Below, in pieces: positions 36,447-45,954 of a DNA stretch of 58,057 bases (positions are counted from its first letter, which is position 1; each line of letters opens with the position of its first letter). The position numbers and the translations under genes were made by a program. Under the pieces are notes generated by a model. It did no database searches and had not been told where the DNA came from. It saw nothing but the letters and a program-made list of their open reading frames with translations. The stretch lies in the IMG/VR virus record IMGVR_UViG_3300044841_000028, positions 1 through 58,057 of that record. One strand, 5' to 3'. The DNA comes from a virus (lineage: Duplodnaviria > Caudoviricetes).

Positions 36447-37237
36447 GACGCCGCCACCATCGCCAGCTGTCCGCTGCCGCCAAGGCGTTTGTGCAGTTCA
36501 GCAAGGCCCTTCGGGGTGATTCGGATCGTCGGGTCAGACACCCGCATCTGGCCAGTGGGCTCATGCAGGAACGGCTTGCTCAGCTTCTCGACCAGGCGCC
36601 CATTGTCGATCTGGGTCTGATATGCCTTCCACCTGCTGGTGGAGTGGTTGCGGAAAATCCAGCCCTCGGCGGCCATGAAGGAGAACAGCCGGTCGCGGCC
36701 GATGTTGATATTCGGGTCACGCGACAGCACCTTCGCGGCGTCGGCGACCTCGTAGTCTCCACTGGATTCGGCCATGTGGGACCACGCTGATGCGGGAGCC
36801 TCGAGTTCCCTGGACCGGGCCTCAGCCTCAAGGCGGGCGCTGCGCTCACTCTCAACCCGCTCTTCGGCAGCGACCAGCTTCCGGGCGTACTCCAACCCAG
36901 TCAGCGGACGAACCTCGAAGGCTTGGCGGCGAAGTTGGTAGAAGGCGCGGACGAGTGCCTTCTTGAAATCCTTCACCACAGTGGTGTTCCGCATGTACGT
37001 CATCAGGAGCGTGGCGTGCTCCTCGTTGAGGATCGCCACCGCTTGGTTCTGGATACCCCCGGTTGTCTCGAAGGGTCGCATCTCAAATGCGACCCCCCCG
37101 AACTCCTCGAAGTCGGCCAGGTTGTTGCGGATGAGTTGCAGAACGGTCCGGTGCTCGTTGCGCGTGCCCTCGGCGATGATCAGCGAGTCGGTCTGCGCGG
37201 CGCCGTCATCGGAGATGAGTACTAGGTCGGTGCTCAT
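36443..37237 (-). CDS. Antirepressor (Rha N-terminal, KilAC/ANT C-terminal)
   Basis: TDSLIIA...H..VL...LNEEHATLL; VADAAKVL...IGRDRLF...ITPKGL. Confidence 0.9.
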   Translation of the reverse strand: MSTDLVLISDDGAAQTDSLIIAEGTRNEHRTVLQLIRNNLADFEEFGGVAFEMRPFETTGGIQNQAVAILNEEHATLLMTYMRNTTVVKDFKKALVRAFYQLRRQAFEVRPLTGLEYARKLVAAEERVESERSARLEAEARSRELEAPASAWSHMAESSGDYEVADAAKVLSRDPNINIGRDRLFSFMAAEGWIFRNHSTSRWKAYQTQIDNGRLVEKLSKPFLHEPTGQMRVSDPTIRITPKGLAELHKRLGGSGQLAMVAAS

Positions 37238-37407
37238 GCTGTCGCCCCGTTTCCATTGCCATTCCCGTTGTCGCCGTTCTCTTCGCCGAACTTGTCTTCG
37301 GCCTCGGCCTCGGCCTGCTCACGGGCTTCGACCCACTTCATGCCGGAGCCGTGAAGCTCGCGGGTGCGTTGCCGCACCCAACCGGGGCGAGGATCGACGG
37401 GGCTCAT
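37234..37407 (-). CDS. Small hypothetical protein (57 aa)
   Basis: ATGA-coupled at both ends (MSPVDPRPGW...). Confidence 0.55.
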   Translation of the reverse strand: MSPVDPRPGWVRQRTRELHGSGMKWVEAREQAEAEAEDKFGEENGDNGNGNGNGATA

Positions 37408-37706
37408 GCTGCTGTCCCGCGGTTGTCGTTTGAGCGTTCGGCAGTTGTCAGTCGCTCCTCAAAAAGGACGTCGGTAGGGACGCCAAGCGCTTGGGCGATG
37501 CGGTCGGCCGTTTCTGGGTAGCAGCTGTTCTTGCGGCCAGTAGTCAGGTGGTTGATGAAGCCGGGCGTCTTGCCGCAAGCCCTGGCCAGCTGTCTAGCCG
37601 ACAGCTTCTTGGAGTCTTCTGGGCCGACGAAGGCCCTGAAGAGTTCTGTGCTGCGGAGTTTCATCCAGGTTCCCTTGGGTCGTCGGCGGTAGCGAGTAGT
37701 TGCCAT
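37404..37706 (-). CDS. cro: Cro-like XRE HTH protein
   Basis: SARQLARACG....INHL..GRK; divergent from repressor. Confidence 0.85.
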   Translation of the reverse strand: MATTRYRRRPKGTWMKLRSTELFRAFVGPEDSKKLSARQLARACGKTPGFINHLTTGRKNSCYPETADRIAQALGVPTDVLFEERLTTAERSNDNRGTAA

Positions 37707-37724
37707 CGGGTTGTCCCCCATCAT

Positions 37725-37905
37725 GCTCGGTAGGTGCCTATTTGGCAAGCACCACTTGGCAACAGCATGCCTACCGGTAGGCACCGTGTCAAGGAATTAC
37801 AAGCGAGTAGTTCCGCAGGCAGCCGTTTTAGTGCATCATTGCCACTGACAAGTGGTAGGCAGATGTTTGTTAATAAACGGGACTTAGGCGGTAGGTGGCT
37901 TAATT
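37725..37905. promoter_or_regulatory. Immunity switch region with divergent promoters and operator-like repeats
   Basis: GGTAGG repeated at least four times incl. palindrome GCCTACCGGTAGGC (37769-37782); AT-rich. Confidence 0.65.
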
Positions 37906-37951
37906 CGTGCCCATATTGCGGGGAAAAGGTATGAAAGGCGATAATTCGGAT

Positions 37952-38434
37952 GTGCCCACGCTCGCCGAGCTAATAACCGACCAGAAGGAAGACAGCGGCC
38001 TGTCTTATGAGCAACTAGCGGCTAAGTCGGACAACGTCCTCACGCGCCAACGATTCCAGCAACTCGGCAAGGGGCTGCGTATCACGGAGTTCCCCGAGCC
38101 CGCCACCCTGGCGGCCATCGCAGTTTCGCTCGATGTCGACGTCGCCCTGGTCGTTCTCGCCACCGCGAAGTCCATTGGCCTATCCGTCGACACGGGCTCC
38201 GAGAGCGAGCTCGGAATGATGCTCCCGGCCGCAGCGCGAAACCTCACCCGGGACCAGCGCAACGCACTGCTGTCACTGGTTCGCAGCATCGTCACCGAAC
38301 CCTCAGGAGGCCGTCGCCCCGCCAGCGGCGCCACCGAGAATGAGCGTAAGAAGTTTCCCCTCCACCGGAAGGGAGCTGTCACTCTCGCCGCCGAGGATGC
38401 GGCGATTGAAGATCGGCACATAGATCGCCAGTAA
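37952..38434 (+). CDS. Immunity repressor (start uncertain: 37907, 37931 or 37952)
   Basis: LSYEQLAAKS HTH, PEPATLAAIA; divergent from cro, near integrase. Confidence 0.8.
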   Translation: MPTLAELITDQKEDSGLSYEQLAAKSDNVLTRQRFQQLGKGLRITEFPEPATLAAIAVSLDVDVALVVLATAKSIGLSVDTGSESELGMMLPAAARNLTRDQRNALLSLVRSIVTEPSGGRRPASGATENERKKFPLHRKGAVTLAAEDAAIEDRHIDRQ

Positions 38435-38605
38435 CGCCATCAGCTCTGAGGGTTTGCAGTCCTCCATGCCGATGTGCTGGGTTCCTCCCAGGATCTCCTC
38501 GAGTTGCCAGGTGAGCCAGGGCCGCAAGTCGTCCCCGTCGTCGGTCATGTAGTCGAGTGCGGCATCGATTTTTCCGCAGATGGCTGGTGAATCTCGGTGT
38601 GGCAT
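38303..38605 (-). CDS. Hypothetical protein overlapping the repressor 3' end antisense
   Basis: Protein-like sequence with GGGG upstream of ATG; start uncertain. Confidence 0.45.
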   Translation of the reverse strand: MPHRDSPAICGKIDAALDYMTDDGDDLRPWLTWQLEEILGGTQHIGMEDCKPSELMALLAIYVPIFNRRILGGESDSSLPVEGKLLTLILGGAAGGATAS

Positions 38606-38937
38606 GGATCAACCCCTGTTTGCTCAATGGTTTCGCCGCCTTCGGGTGGCCCGTCTAACCGCTGGCAGTGTTCTGTCCAACGCCCCAGCCCAACCGAAGT
38701 GATGGAATACTGTCCCGCCAGCCCGGCACCGTCACCCATTGTTGACACCTCATTACCTGGTCGGCAAGGGTTTCGACAAATCAACATTGACGCATGTGAT
38801 GATTTGCTGAACGTGTTGTGCCACCGGTTAATTCACCTCAGTGACACCGTCCCGCCACCTACAGGCATAAGTGCCGTTACTGGCTGGTAACAGCACACAC
38901 AGCAAGTTACGTTCAGTTCAGAATGTGGCAGCCACGG

Positions 38938-40206
38938 TCAACTGAGGAGTTCTCCCAGCGGGGCCATCATCAGTCTGTGCCGCTCAAGGTCGGGGTGGGC
39001 ATAGATGCGTTGCGAGTCAGCGGTAGCGTGTCCGAACAACTCCAGGCGGGACTGCTCATCCACCCCAGCCGAACGAAGAATGGTCGCGGCGGTGTGGCGA
39101 GCGATGTGCATCGTCAACGTCTCACCCTCCGCGATCACCCCCGCCTCGAGGAGCAACGTCTTCCAGGACTGATAGTCTTCCCGCGGGCCGATCGGGCGCC
39201 CGTCGGGGTAGTGCCACACCAACCCGTGCGGATTCACCCCCTGGACGTCGTGCAGTGCCCTGAGTTTCACCAACAGTGGCCCGAGGATCGGGAGGTCGCG
39301 TCCGCCGGCGTCGGTCTTCGGTCTCGTCCACAACAGCGATCGGTGGCAGACCTCGTACTCGAAGTCGGGTGGCAGATCCCGCTTCCGCTGTGGGCACCAC
39401 CCAGGGCCGCCCTTTCCGCACGGATACCACGGGCCTTTCTTCTGCTTCGACCCTTCGGGGCGGGTGTTGGTGGGTTCGCCGCAGCCGTGGACTTGGGAGA
39501 TGGATTGCAGCTGCCAGGAGATGTCCATCGACCCCTTCTGAAGGTCGACGTAGTCCCATCGCAGACCTATGAGTTCGCCCTGCCGTGCTCCGGTCAGGAA
39601 CGCTGCGGCCCAACGGGTGGCCTCTGATTCGTCACGTGACGCATAGGCGGTCTGAAGGACGTGCTTGACCAGCTGCACGTCCATGCTGGTGCGTTTGCCC
39701 TTCTTGTACTTCGGCTTGTCGACGGCCGCGGCGACGTTGAAGGTGAGCATCTGCTCCCGCATCGCATCCTTCAACGCCTTCTGCAGGATCACGTGCGCCT
39801 TTACCGCGGCCCTGCGTTTCCCGATCGCCTTATGCATGTCCCGGACGTGCTGGGTGGTGAGCTTGTCCAAACGCTTCTTCCCCAGCGTCGGGTTGATGTG
39901 CAAGGTGATGGAGGTCTGGTAGTCGCGTTTGGTGGTGGGGTCGATGTTGTCGACGTGGATCTCCGTCAACCACCGGTCCATCCACTTCTCCACGGTGGTG
40001 TGTCCAGTGACGGCTATGCGGCCTTCGTCGACGTCGGCGCGGAGCTTGCGTAGTTTGGCCGCTGCGGTGTCGAAGGACTTCGAGGAGACGGTCTTGCGTC
40101 TGCGTTCCCCGTTGGGTCCGAGGGGCAATTCGTAGCGGCCGATCCACATGCCGTCGGCGCGTTGGAACAGTCCGCCGTCGCCTCGGGTACGGCGTTTGTC
40201 TCCCAC
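38938..40206 (-). CDS. int: Tyrosine integrase
   Basis: TGARQGE (R), HIARH, LFGH...IY catalytic motifs; RGDGGLFQR arm-binding N-terminus; GTG 40206 preferred start. Confidence 0.95.
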   Translation of the reverse strand: MGDKRRTRGDGGLFQRADGMWIGRYELPLGPNGERRRKTVSSKSFDTAAAKLRKLRADVDEGRIAVTGHTTVEKWMDRWLTEIHVDNIDPTTKRDYQTSITLHINPTLGKKRLDKLTTQHVRDMHKAIGKRRAAVKAHVILQKALKDAMREQMLTFNVAAAVDKPKYKKGKRTSMDVQLVKHVLQTAYASRDESEATRWAAAFLTGARQGELIGLRWDYVDLQKGSMDISWQLQSISQVHGCGEPTNTRPEGSKQKKGPWYPCGKGGPGWCPQRKRDLPPDFEYEVCHRSLLWTRPKTDAGGRDLPILGPLLVKLRALHDVQGVNPHGLVWHYPDGRPIGPREDYQSWKTLLLEAGVIAEGETLTMHIARHTAATILRSAGVDEQSRLELFGHATADSQRIYAHPDLERHRLMMAPLGELLS

Positions 40207-40215
40207 GCCGTCTAC

Positions 40216-40423
40216 TGTACCCAACGCTGTACCCTACGCATTCGTTCTGATACGGACGGTATCGGACGACGGACTAGCTTGACCTGCGGGTTTTCGCCGT
40301 ACACGCTGGTTATTCTACCTATTCGAGGTGACTTTTAATCCGCAGGTCCCAGGTTCGAGCCCTGGTGGGGGCACAGGTCAGAGGTCATAGCCGATCGGCT
40401 ACTTGACCCTACGTTGTACCCTA
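40216..40423 (+). repeat. Integrase arm-type sites flanking attP core
   Basis: TGTACCC at 40216, 40228 and 40415; variant TGACCCTAC at 40404. Confidence 0.7.
40330..40374 (+). mobile_element. attP: attP common core: 3' half of tRNA-Lys(UUU)
   Basis: GACTTTTAATCCGCAGGTCCCAGGTTCGAGCCCTGGTGGGGGCAC has anticodon loop TTT, T-arm and acceptor 3' strand, no 5' half. Confidence 0.92.
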
Positions 40424-40428
40424 GTGGC

Positions 40429-42607
40429 ATGACCAACGCCGAGGGCGTTCTGTTCTGCATCGGCTACGCGCTTCTCCTGGCCTTGACCATCGCCGTAGTG
40501 CCGCTCCTCTCCCGGGCTGTGGTTCATCGGGATCGTTGCCACACCCGGTACGGACCAGAGTCGTATCAGTTCAGAGCAGCACAGAGAGCAGTAGACGTGA
40601 TGAAGGGGCCGACTGAGCGCGTCGTAGAGAGGATGCCATGACCAGCTGTAGGTACTGCGGCAAGGAAATGAAGTGGCTGTATCCGAAAGAGGCTGTGCCC
40701 TACGTGATGCAGTGGGGGCATGTAAGTCTTGAGGATGCACAGAACTGCATTAGGCCCGATGGCACTTGGCCGCATCCCGGACTTACATAGGTTCCCATCG
40801 GTGGCGTCGTTTCAGTTCAGGGCTGCGCAGAGAGCGGCACAGGAGATAGAGGGAGGATGGAAGGCGTGAAGTTCATGGATGAGTTTGGCCGGGAACTGAC
40901 TGGCGACGAGATCCCCTACCACCTACGTCTCGATGCACCGCCGTTGGGTCAGTGCAACCGCTGCCATAGGAAGACCTGGTCACCCGACGAGTTAGGCGCG
41001 GAGGACCGGATGACGCAGCCCGACGGAAATCCGTGCGGTGGCCGGGTTGTGGCTGTAGAGGGGAACCCACCAACATGAGCTACCACGACCAAGACGACGT
41101 CATCGGCTTCTGCGGCGACATGCGACACCCCTACGGATGCCAGGATGAGTGCGCCAACTGCGGCCAGACGATTCGAGACGGTCAGGCCGTGGTCGACACC
41201 ATCCCACCCGTGCACACCAGATGCCCCGGGGTCTCGGTACTGAAGCAGGGACAGCCATGAGCGACGAGCAGCTGACCGAGGAAGAGATAGCCGACATCAC
41301 CAACCCGGATGGCACCTACGACGCACAGAAGTTGATGGTGTGGATTAAACGGAGGAACCGGCGTAGGGCGAAGGAACTCGCCGCGGCGTGGGGTACGTAT
41401 GCGCCGCTGTATTTCCCGTGGCATGACGGCACGGAACGGCTCGGCGAATGAAAGCCTTCCTCGGTCTACTCCTTCTCCTCGGCTTCGTCTGCGTCTACTG
41501 GAAACTGACGTTGTGCCTGCTGCTTCTCTGGGCTGTGGTTAAGGCTGCACCTATCGCCTACCGGGAACTCCAAGAGGAAAGAGCTGGTCGGCGGGTGCGT
41601 GCTGAGGGGTTACGCGCCCGCGCAGACCGCCAGAGGGTGTGGTTTGAGTCTGGGGACCCACGCTGGGTTACCGGTGAAAGGATGCAGGGATGAGCGAGCA
41701 TCAGAAGGTAGCGGGCGGCATGGGCACGGTGTTCTGCTCCTGCGGCCAAACCGTCAAGCAAGACGACTGGACGGTGCATGCCAGCGGGTTGGACGCGGCG
41801 TTGGTCGACGCCATCGACCAGTGGATGCGGGTACCAACCGAAGGGATGCAGTACGCCCACGGCAACGCACAGGGCATAGCGCGGGCACTAGCTGTGCTGC
41901 GGGGGACGACGTTCTCCGACGAGTGGGTGGCGGGGTTGGACCGGTACCAGAACACCATCGTGACCGGCTCCCCCGTCCCGCCTGCAGTGGGAGGATAGAA
42001 GTGATTCGTGAGTGGTTGGAACGTCACCCCAAACTGGTCGCGTGGGTAGACGCCCGGATTGAGCGGGCGGAGATCCGCCGCAACGTGGCGAACCGCCCCA
42101 TCGGGTGGGATGCCGAGCACATGGGCAGGATGACCGGACGCAACGCATTCGGGGATTTCTTCACCATCGGCTTCAGTCAGCCTCAACCTTGGCGGCCGCA
42201 AGCGAGGTGGGTGCTGTCCATCTGCCCACACTGTCCGGATGGGCGGCGGGCCTGTCAGGAGCATTGGCTGTACGACTACTTCGAGACCACCGAGCATGGC
42301 GGGCTGCTTGCCTGCCAGGTCGCTGCTGATCGGTGGACGATGAAAACGTATCCGATAGCTGCAGCAGTGGGCGGATAGGGGCATGATCGAGACGCAAGCC
42401 GGTGAGACGATCATCGAATACGAAGACGCCCCGGATGGGTTCGAGCGGATCGCTCGGATAGCGATCTTGTCCGGGCCGGCTGGCGCGCTCAACGATCTGT
42501 TCCCCGGAGCGCTCTACGAAGTGGAAACCATTGGAACAGGAGTCTGGGACTTCCAGGTGTTCTTCCCGGACGGGTCGGACCTGCATTGGCCGATACCAAT
42601 CCATTGA
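40429..42607 (+). other. Reverse operon of about ten small genes (40429-40641, 40638-40790, 40801-40869, 40866-41078, 41075-41260, 41257-41451, 41448-41693, 41690-41998, 42001-42378, 42383-42607)
   Basis: Chained ATGA/GTGA overlaps from attP to a terminator; two encode TM segments, several CxxC. Confidence 0.7.
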
Positions 42608-42612
42608 AACGC

Positions 42613-42655
42613 AAAAAGCCAGCCGTTGACTACGTGAGTCAACGGCTGGCTTTCG
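42613..42655. terminator. Bidirectional intrinsic terminator
   Basis: AAAGCCAGCCGTTGACT-acgtg-AGTCAACGGCTGGCTTT between convergent operons. Confidence 0.9.
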
Positions 42656-42673
42656 CTTGTCGGGTAAGCAGGT

Positions 42674-43201
42674 CTAGGGGATGCCGGTCATGTAGTTCAT
42701 GATGGCGACCACACGGCGCTGGCTGCGACCGCTTTCACATTTCCGGCAGTGTCGCTTACCGCGATAGGTGCGGGTGTTCTCGGGCGTGTACTCATGCTTG
42801 CGAGGGCAGTGCGTTTTAGTGGCCCACGGGTGCGTGCCGTGGGTGACTTCATCCCGCAGGTTGTTGGATTGCGTATCCCACCGCAGATTGTCCAACCAGT
42901 TGTTCGCGGGGTTTCCATCGTTGTGACAAGCCACCTGCCCCTCCGGGCAAACGCCACGAAATGCGGCCAATACCAACTGGTGAATGTTCCGCTTGCTCTT
43001 CTTTCCGTTATGCCACAGGCTTACCGTCTGGTAACCGCGCTGATGAAGGCCAGGGCGCAGGATGCGCTCAGTAACGCTGCGGTGGGAGTCGCCCTTGCGC
43101 ACCACGCGTGACAGGGATTTGACGCGGCCGAGGCTGGAAACCTCGTACAGGCCCTCGTAGCCAACAACGGGGCGCCATTCTTCGATCGGGGTAGCATCCA
43201 C
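42674..43201 (-). CDS. NUMOD4-HNH homing endonuclease
   Basis: EEWRPVVGYEGLYEVSSLGRVKS; HQLV...CHNDGNPANN...NL.W; AGGAGG before GTG 43201. Confidence 0.92.
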   Translation of the reverse strand: MDATPIEEWRPVVGYEGLYEVSSLGRVKSLSRVVRKGDSHRSVTERILRPGLHQRGYQTVSLWHNGKKSKRNIHQLVLAAFRGVCPEGQVACHNDGNPANNWLDNLRWDTQSNNLRDEVTHGTHPWATKTHCPRKHEYTPENTRTYRGKRHCRKCESGRSQRRVVAIMNYMTGIP

Positions 43202-43301
43202 TGCTAGCCCTCCTATTCTGCTAGTACCAGATGGGTGGGTCAGAGGCCGGGATGCGTTGTCGCGCACCCGGCCTCGCCTACGATTCTAGCTTGTTACCTC
43301 G

Positions 43302-43676
43302 TCATAGGGCTTGAGGTGGTGGCATTTCCGGGAATGGGGTCAAGTGAATGTCGGGCATCTCCTTGTGGCCCTGCGACCAAAGCTCAGCCCTCAAGAGGTC
43401 GGCCATGAGGTCGAACTTGACCACCACATCCCTACCCCACGGGCGGACCTCCTCGAAACCCCACTTCTCCAACGCCAACAACCGGATGTCCCGGCGCGCG
43501 TTGGATAGGTCGGACTTGTTCTTGATCTCCTGCTTGATCGACTCACTGTTCACGATGGCGGACTCGATCTGCGCCGCGTCGAGCTCGGGTTTGCGGCGTT
43601 CCCGAATCGCCAGCGTCAACGCCCCGATGGCAGGGATGACCGCAGCAGCTATCAGGACGTACTCGGTGATCGTCAC
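43302..43676 (-). CDS. Single-TM plus coiled-coil lysis-cassette membrane protein
   Basis: N-terminal TM; GTGA-coupled to upstream gene. Confidence 0.7.
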   Translation of the reverse strand: MTITEYVLIAAAVIPAIGALTLAIRERRKPELDAAQIESAIVNSESIKQEIKNKSDLSNARRDIRLLALEKWGFEEVRPWGRDVVVKFDLMADLLRAELWSQGHKEMPDIHLTPFPEMPPPQAL

Positions 43677-44356
43677 TGCTCTTCCAGACGCGCCACGGCC
43701 TCGGCGATGAGCAGAGTCCGCGCCCGGCTGTACACCCGGATGCGGGCGACGAACTGCGCCAGGAGAACAACCGACGTCATCGAGAAGGCCGACGTCATCC
43801 ACCCACCCAAGGATCCCGACGTGGAGGTGAAGCTGGTCGACCCGTAGATGCCCATGCTGATGGCGATGGAGAACATGCCCACCGCCCCGAACGAGTACGG
43901 CAACCGTATGTCATCACCCAGCATCGATGAGGCGATGTTGTCGCGGGTGCCGTCCAGGAACGTCCATCCCCACACACGTGCCCCCATCGCAGCACCCGTG
44001 AGCACTAGCGTGGACCCGACGAGGAAGCAGGCCGCCATCGCGAACTTCGTTGCAGGCGACAACGACACCAGATTAGACGTGACCTGCGCTCCACTGATCA
44101 CACTCCACCCGTAGCCCTGCGTGGCCAGATGCAACCCGATGTAAGTGGGGTGCCGGTCCAATCGGTCATGCCGGAACCGTTCCGGCCGGCGCACCCGGAT
44201 GGAACGAATCTCCTCGATGACGACTGGGCTGTCTTCGGCTTCGAGGATGGCCTTCGCCTTCTCTGGGCTGTAACCCAGAATCCCGACCACGATGCAGGCC
44301 ACCAGGATCACCGGGCCAACCAGCAATGCTAGGCCGATGATCACCGACGAGTTCAC
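43673..44356 (-). CDS. Multi-pass membrane protein in lysis cassette
   Basis: About 5 hydrophobic segments; start re-called at GTG 44356. Confidence 0.7.
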   Translation of the reverse strand: MNSSVIIGLALLVGPVILVACIVVGILGYSPEKAKAILEAEDSPVVIEEIRSIRVRRPERFRHDRLDRHPTYIGLHLATQGYGWSVISGAQVTSNLVSLSPATKFAMAACFLVGSTLVLTGAAMGARVWGWTFLDGTRDNIASSMLGDDIRLPYSFGAVGMFSIAISMGIYGSTSFTSTSGSLGGWMTSAFSMTSVVLLAQFVARIRVYSRARTLLIAEAVARLEEQ

Positions 44357-44853
44357 TTCCACCACCTCGTCCCAAGGCCCACCTTGTAGACACACTGGGC
44401 GGTGAGGAACCCGACCCCCATTAGGTAGGCGCACAGCCAGAACACGCTGGGGACGGGCTGGCCTGGCTCCTTGCCGTACCAGCCGGTCCCGATGAACACC
44501 GCCAGGACGACGGTCATGCAGGCGTGGCCGCCGACCTGCATCCACAACCCGAGGAAATCTCTGCGCAACAACCCGGGGTGAACGTCCTCGGCGGTCGAAC
44601 CGCCGTGCCGCAAAGCCAACCCCGTCAATGCAACTGGGGCGGCGAGCAGGGGCATCCACGCCCACGCGTCGTACACCATCAAACCCATCGGTTCCACGAT
44701 GAGCGTGACGGGGTAGGCGAAGAACGTCAGATGGATCGACGCGGCGATGAACCAGGCGTAGTAGAGCCAGACGAATGTTCTCACGCTGTCGGATCGCAGG
44801 AGTTCCCGCATCCAGTTCCGTATGGGCCGATGCCTATACACAACGGCTTTCAC
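44353..44853 (-). CDS. Four-TM membrane protein in lysis cassette
   Basis: Four hydrophobic segments; start re-called at GTG 44853. Confidence 0.7.
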   Translation of the reverse strand: MKAVVYRHRPIRNWMRELLRSDSVRTFVWLYYAWFIAASIHLTFFAYPVTLIVEPMGLMVYDAWAWMPLLAAPVALTGLALRHGGSTAEDVHPGLLRRDFLGLWMQVGGHACMTVVLAVFIGTGWYGKEPGQPVPSVFWLCAYLMGVGFLTAQCVYKVGLGTRWWK

Positions 44854-44960
44854 CCCGACCCCCGGTTGTGGATGGCGAGGAGGAATGCGGTGGTAGTCCA
44901 GCCGAGGCACCACAGACCGACGAGTATCACGGCCACGACCAGCTGCCCGTTGGTGACCAC
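44850..44960 (-). CDS. 36-aa single-TM peptide MVTNGQLVVAVILVGLWCLGWTTTAFLLAIHNRGSG
   Basis: Fills gap after lysB; GTGA overlap with next gene. Confidence 0.6.
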   Translation of the reverse strand: MVTNGQLVVAVILVGLWCLGWTTTAFLLAIHNRGSG

Positions 44961-44961
44961 A

Positions 44962-45954
44962 TCAGTGGCCGAGCAGACCTTGGCGGATGTAATCAGTTGG
45001 CGCGTCCAGGTTGTAGCCGCCGTGAGGATTCATATTCCCGAGGAACATCACTCCGCCGACGATCGCCTGGAATAACGGGATGATGTCGTCGGCCGGGGTG
45101 AGGAAGTCCATCATGCGTTGCAGCAACCCGGCAGGACCTCCGGACCAGCTGTTCTCGGCTGCAATCTTGTAGATGGCAGTGCGGTCGAGGCCGGCTTCGT
45201 TGTCGGGGTTCTCGGAGTACAGGTCGCCAGTGCGGTTGGCTGACTTCCACCATGATGGGGTGTTGGTCATGCGGACGTCGGAGATGCCCTGGGTGTCCTT
45301 TTTGGGCGGGTCTGGCCACCAGCCAGCGTCCGCATTCTTCTCGCGGTATGGGTCGCCGAAGGCGATGGCGCGCTTGAGGTGATCGCGTCGGGCTGCGAGA
45401 CGAGACCCGGCAGGGGCGTTCCGAAGGTAGTTGAGGAACACCTTGTTGGTGATGATGGAGCCCTGGCTGAATCCCAGCAGATACCAGTCCAAGTCGATCG
45501 GGAACGGCTTGCCGATGTCGGTGGCGTCCTGGTTGAGGTAGCGGAGAACTTCGTCAACACCGGTCTGGTTCTTGAACGGCAGACTAGTGCGGTCGTACGA
45601 GATCGGTTGGTGCCACGCGAGCCCTTCGGCTTCCATCTGCGCGCCGATCGCAGCGCACGGTCCGATCCACATGTCCGACATGTGTCCTTCGACGGTGATG
45701 ATGATGGGCCGCTTCGGAACCGGCGGAATCGGAATCTTGAGTGCGATTAGGTCGACGTCGCTGACCTCACCATCCTGAACCTGCTGGGTGCGTGACTCAT
45801 ACTCCTTCTGCCACAACACTGCCCGCGGCCCGAACTCGTTGGTGTCCGTGGGGAGTGCGCCATGGAGGCGGGTGTAGAGGCCACCGAAGCGCGCATTCAT
45901 GATGAGCCGCCAGGTGCGGACGGACTCGTTCTTATCCCCCAAGCGCAGAGGCAT
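44962..45954 (-). CDS. lysB: Lysin B (mycolylarabinogalactan esterase)
   Basis: N-terminal PG-binding-like region, GFSQG nucleophile, FGDPYRE, GDLY, PH motifs. Confidence 0.92.
   Translation of the reverse strand: MPLRLGDKNESVRTWRLIMNARFGGLYTRLHGALPTDTNEFGPRAVLWQKEYESRTQQVQDGEVSDVDLIALKIPIPPVPKRPIIITVEGHMSDMWIGPCAAIGAQMEAEGLAWHQPISYDRTSLPFKNQTGVDEVLRYLNQDATDIGKPFPIDLDWYLLGFSQGSIITNKVFLNYLRNAPAGSRLAARRDHLKRAIAFGDPYREKNADAGWWPDPPKKDTQGISDVRMTNTPSWWKSANRTGDLYSENPDNEAGLDRTAIYKIAAENSWSGGPAGLLQRMMDFLTPADDIIPLFQAIVGGVMFLGNMNPHGGYNLDAPTDYIRQGLLGH

Noticed and set aside
40321-40378. Full tRNA-Lys gene
   Set aside because: Only anticodon loop to acceptor 3' strand present; no D-arm or 5' acceptor strand, so it is the attP core.
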